A DNA stretch of 64,000 nt. Origin: an uncultured SAR86 cluster bacterium (GTDB lineage: Bacteria; Pseudomonadota; Gammaproteobacteria; Magnimaribacterales; D2472). Positions 8,775-17,256 of this stretch are shown here, in pieces; the stretch's first letter is position 1, and every line of letters starts with the position of its first letter. The translations under genes were made by a program, and so were the position numbers. The stretch is taken from NCBI GenBank assembly GCA_902547695.1, contig CACCOR010000004.1, forward strand, positions 21,381-85,380, given 5' to 3'. The notes under the pieces were generated by a model. It saw only the letters and a program-made list of their open reading frames with translations. It was not told where the DNA came from and did no database searches.

Positions 8775-10145
8775 ATGAACTACTTCTATTTCTTTTTCTT
8801 TGTTTTTTTAGGTATCTTGGTTTGGATTAAACCATTTGCTGAATTTTTAAAAAATAGGATTCTTTCAAGCAATAACATCAATGTTATTGCAGGCATAACA
8901 CTATTAATAGGTTTGATATGTGTTTATGTAGCTTTGACAGATGAATATTGGTTTGAAAGAGTATGGAGGATTGTTACTTTTTCTTTAGGAATAATTTTGA
9001 TCATAAGAGGTATAGCAGCGATGTTCTTTTTTAATCAAATAAAAAAAGCTATCCCTTTTGTCTTCCTTCATTATTTTAAATTTATGAGCATTATTTCAGT
9101 AATGTTTTTTACATTAGCGTTCTTTGTCGTTTCCTCTGACTATGTTGGACCACAAAAAGATATAAGTAATTGTAGTTCAGATAATAAAATTAGGCTTATT
9201 TGTGGTTTTAAGAATCCTGAGGACATAGTGATAACGCCTGACAAAAAATTTCTGTTAATGTCAGAATTTGGAGGAATTGGTCCATATGAGGAACAAAAAT
9301 CAGGCTACTTTGCTTTATTAGATTTAGAAACAAAAACTAAAGTCATTCCAAATATAACTATTGAAGAAAATATTTGGGGCGATCCTAAATGTACGAGAAC
9401 AATTAATAAAAAATATGGTCCTCATGGAATTGACTTAATAAAAAGAAATGACGGGCGTTATCAACTCGGGGTCATTAATCATTATCCAGACGAAAGTATA
9501 GAAATGTTTGAGATGGTAAAAAAGGAAAATTCATGGGATATGGTTTGGAGAGGATGTATAGATGTGCCATATGAGTTTTATTTTAATGACATTAGTTTAA
9601 GAAAAAATGGAGGCTTCTATGCGTCTCATATGTACGATAGGGAAATAACTCTTAACGAATGGCTTTTCGTTTCAATAATAAAATCTAATACAGGATTTCT
9701 TGTCGAATGGATAGAAAATAGATTCAAAAAAATAGATGGCTCCGATGGAAGTGGTCCTAATGGTATTGCTTTGGATGAAGACTCTAATATTATTTATATA
9801 AACTATAACCAAGGTGATTCGATAACAAAATTTGATCTCTCACTTAATAAAAAATTAGATGAAAAGTTTATTGAAGCGCCAGATAATCCTTATATAGATG
9901 GTAATGACATTTGGATTACCTCATTAGATTTTCAACCTAATGATTTTGGAGATTGTGAGTTTAAAAAAAGTTGTTCCCTACCATTTTCTATTTATAAATT
10001 AGATAAAAATAATTTAGAAATAAAAAATGAATACGCATTTTCCAAAACTGTTTTTGGTCTTCCTACCGTTGCTGTTCCAATAAAGGATGAAGTTTTTTTA
10101 GGATCATTCCATTCTGACAGATTGGGGATAATAGAAATTAAATAA
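8775..10145 (+). CDS. Paraoxonase/arylesterase (PON)-family six-bladed beta-propeller with an N-terminal polytopic membrane domain
   Basis: Residues ~130-456 align by eye along the whole length of remembered human PON1: 'NPEDIV'/GSEDLE, 'GPHGID'/NPHGIS, 'VINHYPD'/VVNHPD, 'FND'/LND, 'GPNGIA'/FANGIN, 'PDNPY'/VDNIS and 'FLGSFHSDRLGIIEI'/LIGTVFHKALYCEL. The first ~125 aa contain about 4 hydrophobic helices. Confidence 0.6.
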   Translation: MNYFYFFFFVFLGILVWIKPFAEFLKNRILSSNNINVIAGITLLIGLICVYVALTDEYWFERVWRIVTFSLGIILIIRGIAAMFFFNQIKKAIPFVFLHYFKFMSIISVMFFTLAFFVVSSDYVGPQKDISNCSSDNKIRLICGFKNPEDIVITPDKKFLLMSEFGGIGPYEEQKSGYFALLDLETKTKVIPNITIEENIWGDPKCTRTINKKYGPHGIDLIKRNDGRYQLGVINHYPDESIEMFEMVKKENSWDMVWRGCIDVPYEFYFNDISLRKNGGFYASHMYDREITLNEWLFVSIIKSNTGFLVEWIENRFKKIDGSDGSGPNGIALDEDSNIIYINYNQGDSITKFDLSLNKKLDEKFIEAPDNPYIDGNDIWITSLDFQPNDFGDCEFKKSCSLPFSIYKLDKNNLEIKNEYAFSKTVFGLPTVAVPIKDEVFLGSFHSDRLGIIEIK

Positions 10146-10970
10146 ATGATAAAAGAATTCAACTTTGATTCACTTGAGAAAAGTATTCCAGAAAGATCTA
10201 GTAACTCTCATAAAGGTGATTTTGGAAAAGTCATGGTTGTTGGAGGTTCCGAGGGGATGGGAGGTGCCGCAATATTATCATCTGAAGCAAGTTTATTTTC
10301 TGGTGCTGGACTAGTTCATCTCAGCACACATCCAATAAATGTAGAGGCAAGCCTAAAAAGAAATCCAGAAGTAATGGCATATGGCATTGATAAAAGTTTT
10401 TCTATACCTGAGAACATTGATGTTTTGCTATGCGGTCCAGGATTAAAAAATGACGAATGGTCTAAAAATGTTTTTTATGAAGTTATTTCAACAAATAATT
10501 TTGGAGTAGTAATATTGGATGCAGGTGCACTTCATTTTATTGTGAAGAACAATTTAGAGACAAGTAAAGATAAAGTTCTTACTCCTCATCCAGGCGAAGC
10601 TGCAAAGCTTTTAGGTATTTCAAATAATGAAGTTCAAGAGGATAGAATTAATGCCGCAAAATCAATATCAAATAAATTTTCAGCTTCTGTAATTCTTAAA
10701 GGGAAAGAGACGATTATTTGTTCTCATGGTGATGAGGAATTATTTATATGTACTGAAGGTGGGCCAGAGTTATCTTCCGGAGGCACAGGTGACGTTCTTG
10801 CTGGAGTACTATCAGCCCTTATAGCCCAAAAAGTTAATATTATTGATGCTTGCAAAATTTCTGTTGCTGTTCATGCTAGAGCGGGAGAAGAATTTAGAAA
10901 TAAAACAGGTGAAATTGGCTTAAATGCATCATCATTGATACCAACCATAAGAGATTTACTTAATAAATGA
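10146..10970 (+). CDS. nnrD: ADP-dependent NAD(P)H-hydrate dehydratase (YjeF C-terminal domain only)
   Basis: It has 'HKGDFGKVMVVGGSEGMGGAAIL' and 'GGPELSSGGTGDVLAG', and lies upstream of tsaE-amiB as yjeF does in E. coli. Confidence 0.85.
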   Translation: MIKEFNFDSLEKSIPERSSNSHKGDFGKVMVVGGSEGMGGAAILSSEASLFSGAGLVHLSTHPINVEASLKRNPEVMAYGIDKSFSIPENIDVLLCGPGLKNDEWSKNVFYEVISTNNFGVVILDAGALHFIVKNNLETSKDKVLTPHPGEAAKLLGISNNEVQEDRINAAKSISNKFSASVILKGKETIICSHGDEELFICTEGGPELSSGGTGDVLAGVLSALIAQKVNIIDACKISVAVHARAGEEFRNKTGEIGLNASSLIPTIRDLLNK

Positions 10971-11428
10971 ATAAAATTTACCTAGAAAATGACGAATCAA
11001 CCAATAAGCTTGGTGCACTAATATCAGAGAAACTCAAAGAAATTAAAAAATCTTCAATTGAGATCCATCTTGAGGGTGATCTTGGTGCTGGAAAGACATT
11101 TTTAACCAGATCGATAATATCTAATTCAGGATGGAACGGCTTGGTAAAAAGCCCAACTTATACCTTATGTGAAGAATATGACCTTGGAGATGTGATTTTC
11201 TTACATATTGACTTGTATAGAACTGACGAACCAGAAGACATTCATATTTTCGATTTAGATAGAAAAACTCACTTAAAAAAAATTATAATTATTGAATGGC
11301 CACAGAAGCTTGCTGTAAAAAGAAATTTTGACTTAAAAATATCTTTTGAGCATTTCGATGATGGTAGAAAAGTATCGATTAATGATAATGACAAATTATT
11401 TTCAAGTTTAATTAAGCATTATGAATAA
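10967..11428 (+). CDS. tsaE: tRNA t6A37 biosynthesis ATPase TsaE
   Basis: It has P-loop 'GDLGAGKTFLTR', 'SPTYTL' and 'HIDLYR'. Synteny is nnrD-tsaE-amidase. Confidence 0.85.
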   Translation: MNKIYLENDESTNKLGALISEKLKEIKKSSIEIHLEGDLGAGKTFLTRSIISNSGWNGLVKSPTYTLCEEYDLGDVIFLHIDLYRTDEPEDIHIFDLDRKTHLKKIIIIEWPQKLAVKRNFDLKISFEHFDDGRKVSINDNDKLFSSLIKHYE

Positions 11429-12674
11429 AATTTTATCTTTTTTATTTCTTCTTTCTTCACTTGTAAACTCAAATGAAATTTCATTTAATGAAATAAAAGA
11501 TTCCGATGATCAATCCTTTGAAATATCCTTTCTTTTAGACAAGGTGTCTTTTATAAAATCTTATTCTCTTGTAGATCCCTCAAGAATTGTAATAGACGTA
11601 TACCAAAGTGATTTAAAGTCGGGTGTTGAGGAAAAGTATAACTACCCTATTAAGCTAGTAAGGGCTTCTTCAAAAGAGGACTTAACAAGAATAGTTATTG
11701 ATTTATATGAATATGTTAATTGGAGTAAGCCAACTCAAGAGAAAACAGATGAAGGAATATTATTAAAAGTTAATATTAAAAAAGATAAGGAGTTAAAAAA
11801 TAACATAAGAGATATTGTTGTAGCTATTGATGCTGGACATGGTGGTAAATATCCTGGTGCTGTTGGAACTAATAACATTCTTGAGAAAGATGTAACCTTG
11901 CTTATATCAAAAGAATTAGAAAGATCCTTAAGAGATACTGAAGGATATAAACCTGTAATGATTAGAAAAGGTGATGAAACCGTTAGTCTTAATGATAGAT
12001 ATCAAAGAGCGAGAAGATATGGAGCAGACATATTTGTTTCAATTCACGCGGATGGATTTAGACTTGAATCTGTTAAAGGCGCCTCAGTTTTTATCTGGTC
12101 TGAAGAAGCCTCAAGCTCAGTTGCAAAAAATTTATCTGAAAAAAAGAGGCAACAAATTCAAGCCGACATAAAGAATTTAAAACCCTTCGATTTTAATGAA
12201 GACTTAGCAAGAGAAATTTATCCAGAGATTTACTTGAATAAAGTTAAAGAAAGCAAACTTCTTGGAGCAAAAATTCTTGAGCAGCTTAAGAGAGATCCAT
12301 TTACTAAGATACATAAAAAGGACGTTGAATTTGCAGATTTCAGGGTTTTAAAATCAGTTGATATTCCATCTGTGTTAGTCGAATCAGGATTTCTTACAAA
12401 TCCAGATGATGCAGAGAGGCTTAAAGGTAAGCCAGGCAGAAGAATGATAGCAAGATCAATTTTTTTAGGAGTAAATAACTTTTTTATTGAAAACCCTATA
12501 GAAGGAACTTTAATAACTTCAGAAACTGATTTTTTGTTTTATACAATTCAAAAAGGTGATGTTTTATCAGAGATTGCTATTAGATTTGGAGTGACAGTTG
12601 ATTCCATAAACAAAACTAATAATTTAGAAAATAAATCTATATTTCCTGGCCAAATTATTAGAATAGAAATATAG
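11421..12674 (+). CDS. amiB: N-acetylmuramoyl-L-alanine amidase (AMIN + Amidase_3 + LysM)
   Basis: The Amidase_3 motifs are 'IDAGHGGKYPGAVG', 'FVSIHADG' and 'VLVESGFLTNPDD'. The C-terminal LysM is 'YTIQKGDVLSEIAIRFGV'. Its position after tsaE matches E. coli amiB. Confidence 0.85.
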   Translation: MNKILSFLFLLSSLVNSNEISFNEIKDSDDQSFEISFLLDKVSFIKSYSLVDPSRIVIDVYQSDLKSGVEEKYNYPIKLVRASSKEDLTRIVIDLYEYVNWSKPTQEKTDEGILLKVNIKKDKELKNNIRDIVVAIDAGHGGKYPGAVGTNNILEKDVTLLISKELERSLRDTEGYKPVMIRKGDETVSLNDRYQRARRYGADIFVSIHADGFRLESVKGASVFIWSEEASSSVAKNLSEKKRQQIQADIKNLKPFDFNEDLAREIYPEIYLNKVKESKLLGAKILEQLKRDPFTKIHKKDVEFADFRVLKSVDIPSVLVESGFLTNPDDAERLKGKPGRRMIARSIFLGVNNFFIENPIEGTLITSETDFLFYTIQKGDVLSEIAIRFGVTVDSINKTNNLENKSIFPGQIIRIEI

Positions 12675-12678
12675 ACAC

Positions 12679-14658
12679 CTAAGACATGTCATATGGATCA
12701 ATATCATAAGACCATTTAACTTTCTTTGTTTCAGTCCAAGTTTGAATTTCATAAGTAAGATAATTAAGCACTCTGTTTAAATAAGTTCTTGTGTCAGACT
12801 TGATAATCAGATGATTTCTTGTATTCCCTTTAATCTTTAAGGGTATCGATGGAAGTGGTCCAGTAACATTAATATTTTTCTTATCATTTAAGAGATTGTT
12901 TGCTTTATCTAAAAATTTGTAGCAGCTTTCTGGACTGGGTGAAGTCGCTCTTAATATTGCAACTGTTGAGTATGGAGGCATATTCAAAGCCTTGTTTGTT
13001 TTAAGGCATTGCTCAGAAACCAGCCTATAGTCTCCAGTTTTAATTTGTTTAAGATTTTCATCATTAGGATATCTAGTTTGAATGATTACTTTTGCAAGAT
13101 TATTATTTCTACCTGCTCTACCAGAAACCTGAATTAATTGTTGTGAGATTTTTTCAATTGCATTTATTTCTGGGCTTAGTAAACCTCCATCAGCATTAAG
13201 AATTACGCATAGCGTTACTTTAGGAAAGTCATGCCCTTTAGATAGCATTTGTGTTCCCACCAATATTGCTTCTTTGCTTGTGTTAGCCTTTTCATAAATT
13301 GCTTCAATTGATCCCTTAAGTCTTGTCGAATCATAATCCATTCTAATGATTGGTACTTTTTTAAATGTGCTTCTAAGCACCTCTTCAACTCTTTCAGTGC
13401 CGGTTCCAAGAGTGTTTATTTCATTTGAATGGCAATCTGGACATGTTTTATTTACCCCATAAACGGATTCACATTGATGACAAATTAGTCTGTTTTTTGA
13501 CTTATGAAAGACTAAATTTGATTCGCATGATGAACATTTTGCAACCCAGCCACAATTATCACATTCATATAATGGAGCAAAACCTCTTCTATTTAGAAAA
13601 ATTAATACTTGCTCTCCTTTATTGATTGCTGCTTCAATGATACTCATAGTTTGAATAGCAATTCCTCCAAGTAGAGGAGAGTCACTAATATCCAAAGGAA
13701 TTAATTTTGGTGGCTTTTTGCCATCTACTCTTCTCAATAAATCAAACTTTTTGAACTTTTTCTCTTTTACAAGCTTAAGGGTTTGTAGGGATGGTGTAGC
13801 AGAACCTAAAAAAACCGGTATATTTTCTATCTGAGCTCTTTTTATAGCCAAATCTCTTCCTGAAAACTTAAAACCTTCAGCTTGCTTATATGACTGATCA
13901 TGCTCCTCATCAATAATGATTGCTCCTAAATTTTTTAACGGCATCAAAACTGATGATCTTGTTCCAATAACAATTCTTATTCCGCCAAATTTAGATCGCA
14001 GCCAAATCTTTAACCTTTGGTTTGGAGTTTGTCTGGAATGATATACGCCAATATCACCATTAAAACGATCCTTAAATCTTTTTTCTAATTGTGGTATCAG
14101 ATTAATTTCTGGTACTAGAATCAAAATCGATTTATTTTGAAGAATAAATTTTTCAGCCAGTTGAAGATATATTTCTGTTTTACCAGACCCTGTAACCCCA
14201 TATATTAATGAAGGACTAAATTTTTCAACTTTATTAAGTTTAGATAGATTAATGTTTTGTTCTTTTGTTAATTTTAATTTCTTGTCTTTTTCATTTAACT
14301 TATATTCAGTATTATCATCAAGGTCGATAATAATTTTATCGTTTTGTTTTCTTAAGAGCGTTGGCATGAAAGAGAAAAATACCTCACCAATTGGATGATG
14401 ATAGTAATCTGAGGCCCATGTAATTGCTTCAAATATTGATCCGTTAAAACAAGAATATTCATCGGCTATTGAGATTATTTCTTTTAAGCCTTTTAATGAC
14501 TTGGGTTTAGCTATTTTCTTTACAACTATTCCAACAATTGACTTGCTTCCAAACGGAACTATTACCCTTTTACCTTTTTTGATTACTTCTTTTGATTTAT
14601 AGGTAAAACATTGTCTTAATGGCAATCCAACAGCAATATCATAGTAAAAAATATTCAT
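12679..14658 (-). CDS. priA: Primosomal replication-restart helicase PriA
   Basis: It has Walker A 'GVTGSGKTE', the 'IIDEEHD' box and a Cys-rich zinc region (CDNCGW..C..C...CHQC...CPDC). Confidence 0.9.
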   Translation of the reverse strand: MNIFYYDIAVGLPLRQCFTYKSKEVIKKGKRVIVPFGSKSIVGIVVKKIAKPKSLKGLKEIISIADEYSCFNGSIFEAITWASDYYHHPIGEVFFSFMPTLLRKQNDKIIIDLDDNTEYKLNEKDKKLKLTKEQNINLSKLNKVEKFSPSLIYGVTGSGKTEIYLQLAEKFILQNKSILILVPEINLIPQLEKRFKDRFNGDIGVYHSRQTPNQRLKIWLRSKFGGIRIVIGTRSSVLMPLKNLGAIIIDEEHDQSYKQAEGFKFSGRDLAIKRAQIENIPVFLGSATPSLQTLKLVKEKKFKKFDLLRRVDGKKPPKLIPLDISDSPLLGGIAIQTMSIIEAAINKGEQVLIFLNRRGFAPLYECDNCGWVAKCSSCESNLVFHKSKNRLICHQCESVYGVNKTCPDCHSNEINTLGTGTERVEEVLRSTFKKVPIIRMDYDSTRLKGSIEAIYEKANTSKEAILVGTQMLSKGHDFPKVTLCVILNADGGLLSPEINAIEKISQQLIQVSGRAGRNNNLAKVIIQTRYPNDENLKQIKTGDYRLVSEQCLKTNKALNMPPYSTVAILRATSPSPESCYKFLDKANNLLNDKKNINVTGPLPSIPLKIKGNTRNHLIIKSDTRTYLNRVLNYLTYEIQTWTETKKVKWSYDIDPYDMS

Positions 14659-14716
14659 TTTTTAATTGTAATGGATTTAATTTTTGATATAGTTCTCATC
14701 CTAAATATATTTTATT

Positions 14717-14962
14717 ATGAAAAAAGATATACATCCTGAATACCGCGAAGTTCTATTCCATGATATCAGTGTGGATGAATATTTTTTACTTCGCTCTACT
14801 CTGAAAACAGATAAAACAAAGGAATGGGAAGGAAAGGAGTATCCATACTACACCGTTGAGGTTTCTTCCGCCTCACATCCTTTTTATACTGGTAAACAAA
14901 AGATTATTGATACCGGTGGAAGAGTTCAAAAGTTCGAAGAAAGATTTGGTAAGAAGAAATAA
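14717..14962 (+). CDS. rpmE2: 50S ribosomal protein L31, type B (Cys-less, zinc-independent form)
   Basis: It has 'MKKDIHPEY' and 'HPFYTGKQK'. It contains no Cys at all, so the CxxC zinc ribbon is absent. Confidence 0.9.
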   Translation: MKKDIHPEYREVLFHDISVDEYFLLRSTLKTDKTKEWEGKEYPYYTVEVSSASHPFYTGKQKIIDTGGRVQKFEERFGKKK

Positions 14963-14964
14963 AT

Positions 14965-15420
14965 TTAGTCTATACCTGAACTGCCAAAACCTTTAGTACC
15001 CCTTTCTGATTTTTCGAAATCTTCAACTATTTCAAAATTTGCTTGAACTATTGGCACTATTATCATTTGAGCAATTCGATCGCCAGAATTAATTACAAAT
15101 TCGTTCTTTGATCTATTCCATGCAGGAACCATTAATTCACCTTGATAATCAGAGTCTATCAATCCAACTAAATTACCAAGCACTATCCCGTGTTTTGAAC
15201 CAAGGCCTGATCTTGGAACAACCAGAGCTGCTAATTTCTCATCCTCAAGATGCATTGCAAATCCCATTGGAATCATTTCAGTTTTTCCTGGTTTCAGTAT
15301 TAATTTATCTTTTATGCATGCTCTAAGATCTAAGCCTGCAGAACCTTTAGTCTCGTATTTGGGTATAGGTATTTCATTGCCAATAAGTTTATTCAATATT
15401 TTGACTTTAACCTTTTTCAA
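14965..15420 (-). CDS. dut: dUTP diphosphatase
   Basis: It has the 'AGLDLRA', 'PRSGLG', '[10 protein letters not shown]' and '[10 protein letters not shown]' motifs. Confidence 0.95.
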   Translation of the reverse strand: MKKVKVKILNKLIGNEIPIPKYETKGSAGLDLRACIKDKLILKPGKTEMIPMGFAMHLEDEKLAALVVPRSGLGSKHGIVLGNLVGLIDSDYQGELMVPAWNRSKNEFVINSGDRIAQMIIVPIVQANFEIVEDFEKSERGTKGFGSSGID

Positions 15421-15911
15421 TTTCTAAGTTCCTTTGGTTTAATTAATGATCTTAGTCTACATTGTTGTGAGCTTAATGAAATCCATTCACCATCATGAGA
15501 AATTATTGCTAAATTACATGTTGTAAATCTCTCAATTGGTTTATTAGTTAATAATTCTACTAAATAATGAAGCGTAGGATTATGTCCAACTATTAAAATA
15601 TTTTTTAAGCTTTCATCTAGCTCTTTCAAGCCCTCAATAATATTAGTTGTATCACCAAAATATAGTCTGTCTGTATAGGTTGCTTTATCAATTTCAAAAT
15701 TAAAACCATCAGCAGTTAAGTCAAATGTTTCTTTTGCTCTTAAAGCATTTGAACATAAAACCTTATCTATCTTTAAATCCATATCTTTTAAAAATTTAGA
15801 CATCTTCTTTGCATCACTAATGCCTCTATCTGCAAGAGGTCTTTCAAAATCGCTAAGATTTGAATTGTCCCATGAAGATTTAGCGTGTCTAAGTACATAT
15901 ATTTCTTTCAT
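15417..15911 (-). CDS. sixA: Phosphohistidine phosphatase SixA-like (histidine phosphatase superfamily)
   Basis: 164 aa with the 'LRHAKS' RHG-type motif, 'RPLADRG' and 'VGHNPTL'. Confidence 0.7.
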   Translation of the reverse strand: MKEIYVLRHAKSSWDNSNLSDFERPLADRGISDAKKMSKFLKDMDLKIDKVLCSNALRAKETFDLTADGFNFEIDKATYTDRLYFGDTTNIIEGLKELDESLKNILIVGHNPTLHYLVELLTNKPIERFTTCNLAIISHDGEWISLSSQQCRLRSLIKPKELRN

Positions 15912-15967
15912 ATTTAATTCATTATAGTATTGATATGTCGGCTTCTGTTCTATAAAATCGCGTTTCT

Positions 15968-16204
15968 ATGAGTAAAAAATGCCAAGTAACAGGAAAGATT
16001 CCTCAGACAGGAAATAATGTTTCTCACGCTAATAATAGAACTAAAAGAAAGTTCTTTCCTAATCTACATTCGCATAAATTTTGGGTTGAATCTGAAAATA
16101 GATTTGTAAATCTAAAAGTATCTGCCAAAGGTATGCGAATTATCGATAAAAAAGGTATAAGCCAAGTTCTTAAAGAAATAAGAGCCCGCGGCGAAAAAGT
16201 CTAA
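15968..16204 (+). CDS. rpmB: 50S ribosomal protein L28
   Basis: 78 aa with the N-terminus '[27 protein letters not shown]'. Confidence 0.95.
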   Translation: MSKKCQVTGKIPQTGNNVSHANNRTKRKFFPNLHSHKFWVESENRFVNLKVSAKGMRIIDKKGISQVLKEIRARGEKV

Positions 16205-16211
16205 TTAGATA

Positions 16212-17210
16212 TCATTTATATCCAACTTCTTGAGCTAATAAAACAGCTTGTTTCTGCAAAGAACCTAATTTACTGACATTAATATTATCTTCATTGAAAT
16301 CTCCCCATTCCTGAATAGACTCATGCACTTTAGCTCCAATCAATACTGGGTATTCTTTATTTGCTGAAGCATAAAAATTTTGGGCTCTATCAGATGAAAG
16401 ATACTCTAAAAGAGAAATAGCGTTTTCCTTGTTTTTTGAAGTTTTAACAATCCCGGCTCCAGATATATTTACATGCACTCCTCTGTCATTCTGATTTGCC
16501 CAAAATAGATTCAAATTATCGTATTGCGGATCATCTAACAGTCTTGCTAAATAATATGTATTCACAATAGTCATCCCACATTGTCCACTTGATACAGCTT
16601 TCAAAGCATTTGTATCATTTGAAAAAACTTCAGTTGCTAAGTTTGAAATCCAACCAGATACAACTTCTTTTGCTTGATCGAAACCATATTCATCAATCAT
16701 GCTTGCTATAAGAGATCTGTTGTAGACTTTTTTTGACGTTCTTAAACATAATTTTCCTTTCCACTTAAGATCAGCTAAATCTTCATAGGTAGAAAAATCA
16801 TCTGATGTAAATTGATCACTTGAGAATACTATTGTTCTTGCTCTTTTTGAAAGGCCAAACCATTTATTTTCAGGATCTTTAAGATATGAAGGTACATTTC
16901 TTTCTAATATTTCTGAGTCAACTTTGGAGAAAATATCTCTTTCGGCTGCTTGCCATAAGACTCCTGCATCAACTGTCATAAAAATATCTGCCATTGAATC
17001 GTTGCCTTCAATATCAATTCTTTCCATAAGCTCTTGAGCATTACCTGATAATAAATTCACTTTGATGCCTGTATCATCATAGAAGTCCTCAATGATTGGT
17101 TCTAATAGTTGTGGTTGTCTAGATGTGTAAATTGTGAGTTCTTCTATTTCATTTTCATTTGCGCACGAAATAAGTAAAAGCACAGAAAGTAATATCGAAA
17201 TTTTCTTCAT
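16212..17210 (-). CDS. Fe(3+)-type ABC transporter periplasmic substrate-binding lipoprotein (FbpA/AfuA-like)
   Basis: The SBP family-1 pattern is 'LTIYTSRQPQLLEPII..F...GIKVN'. I start it at MKKISILLSVLLLISC (lipobox), preceded by GAGG. The longer ORF-track start (17282) would overlap the upstream gene. Confidence 0.7.
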   Translation of the reverse strand: MKKISILLSVLLLISCANENEIEELTIYTSRQPQLLEPIIEDFYDDTGIKVNLLSGNAQELMERIDIEGNDSMADIFMTVDAGVLWQAAERDIFSKVDSEILERNVPSYLKDPENKWFGLSKRARTIVFSSDQFTSDDFSTYEDLADLKWKGKLCLRTSKKVYNRSLIASMIDEYGFDQAKEVVSGWISNLATEVFSNDTNALKAVSSGQCGMTIVNTYYLARLLDDPQYDNLNLFWANQNDRGVHVNISGAGIVKTSKNKENAISLLEYLSSDRAQNFYASANKEYPVLIGAKVHESIQEWGDFNEDNINVSKLGSLQKQAVLLAQEVGYK

Positions 17211-17256
17211 TTTATACCTCATTTGATTTGAGTTACTTTTAGGTGTGCTAAATAAA

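Noticed and set aside
14659-14716. A Zur box upstream of the Cys-less L31 gene.
   Set aside because: I could find no convincing AT-rich palindrome of the GTTATNATAAC type by eye. In DNA this AT-rich, partial matches are meaningless without a scoring matrix.
17211-17256. A Fur box upstream of the iron-binding lipoprotein (GAATAAGCTATAATTTATT on the minus strand).
   Set aside because: Only about 10 of 19 positions match the GATAATGATAATCATTATC consensus. That is indistinguishable from background in AT-rich sequence.
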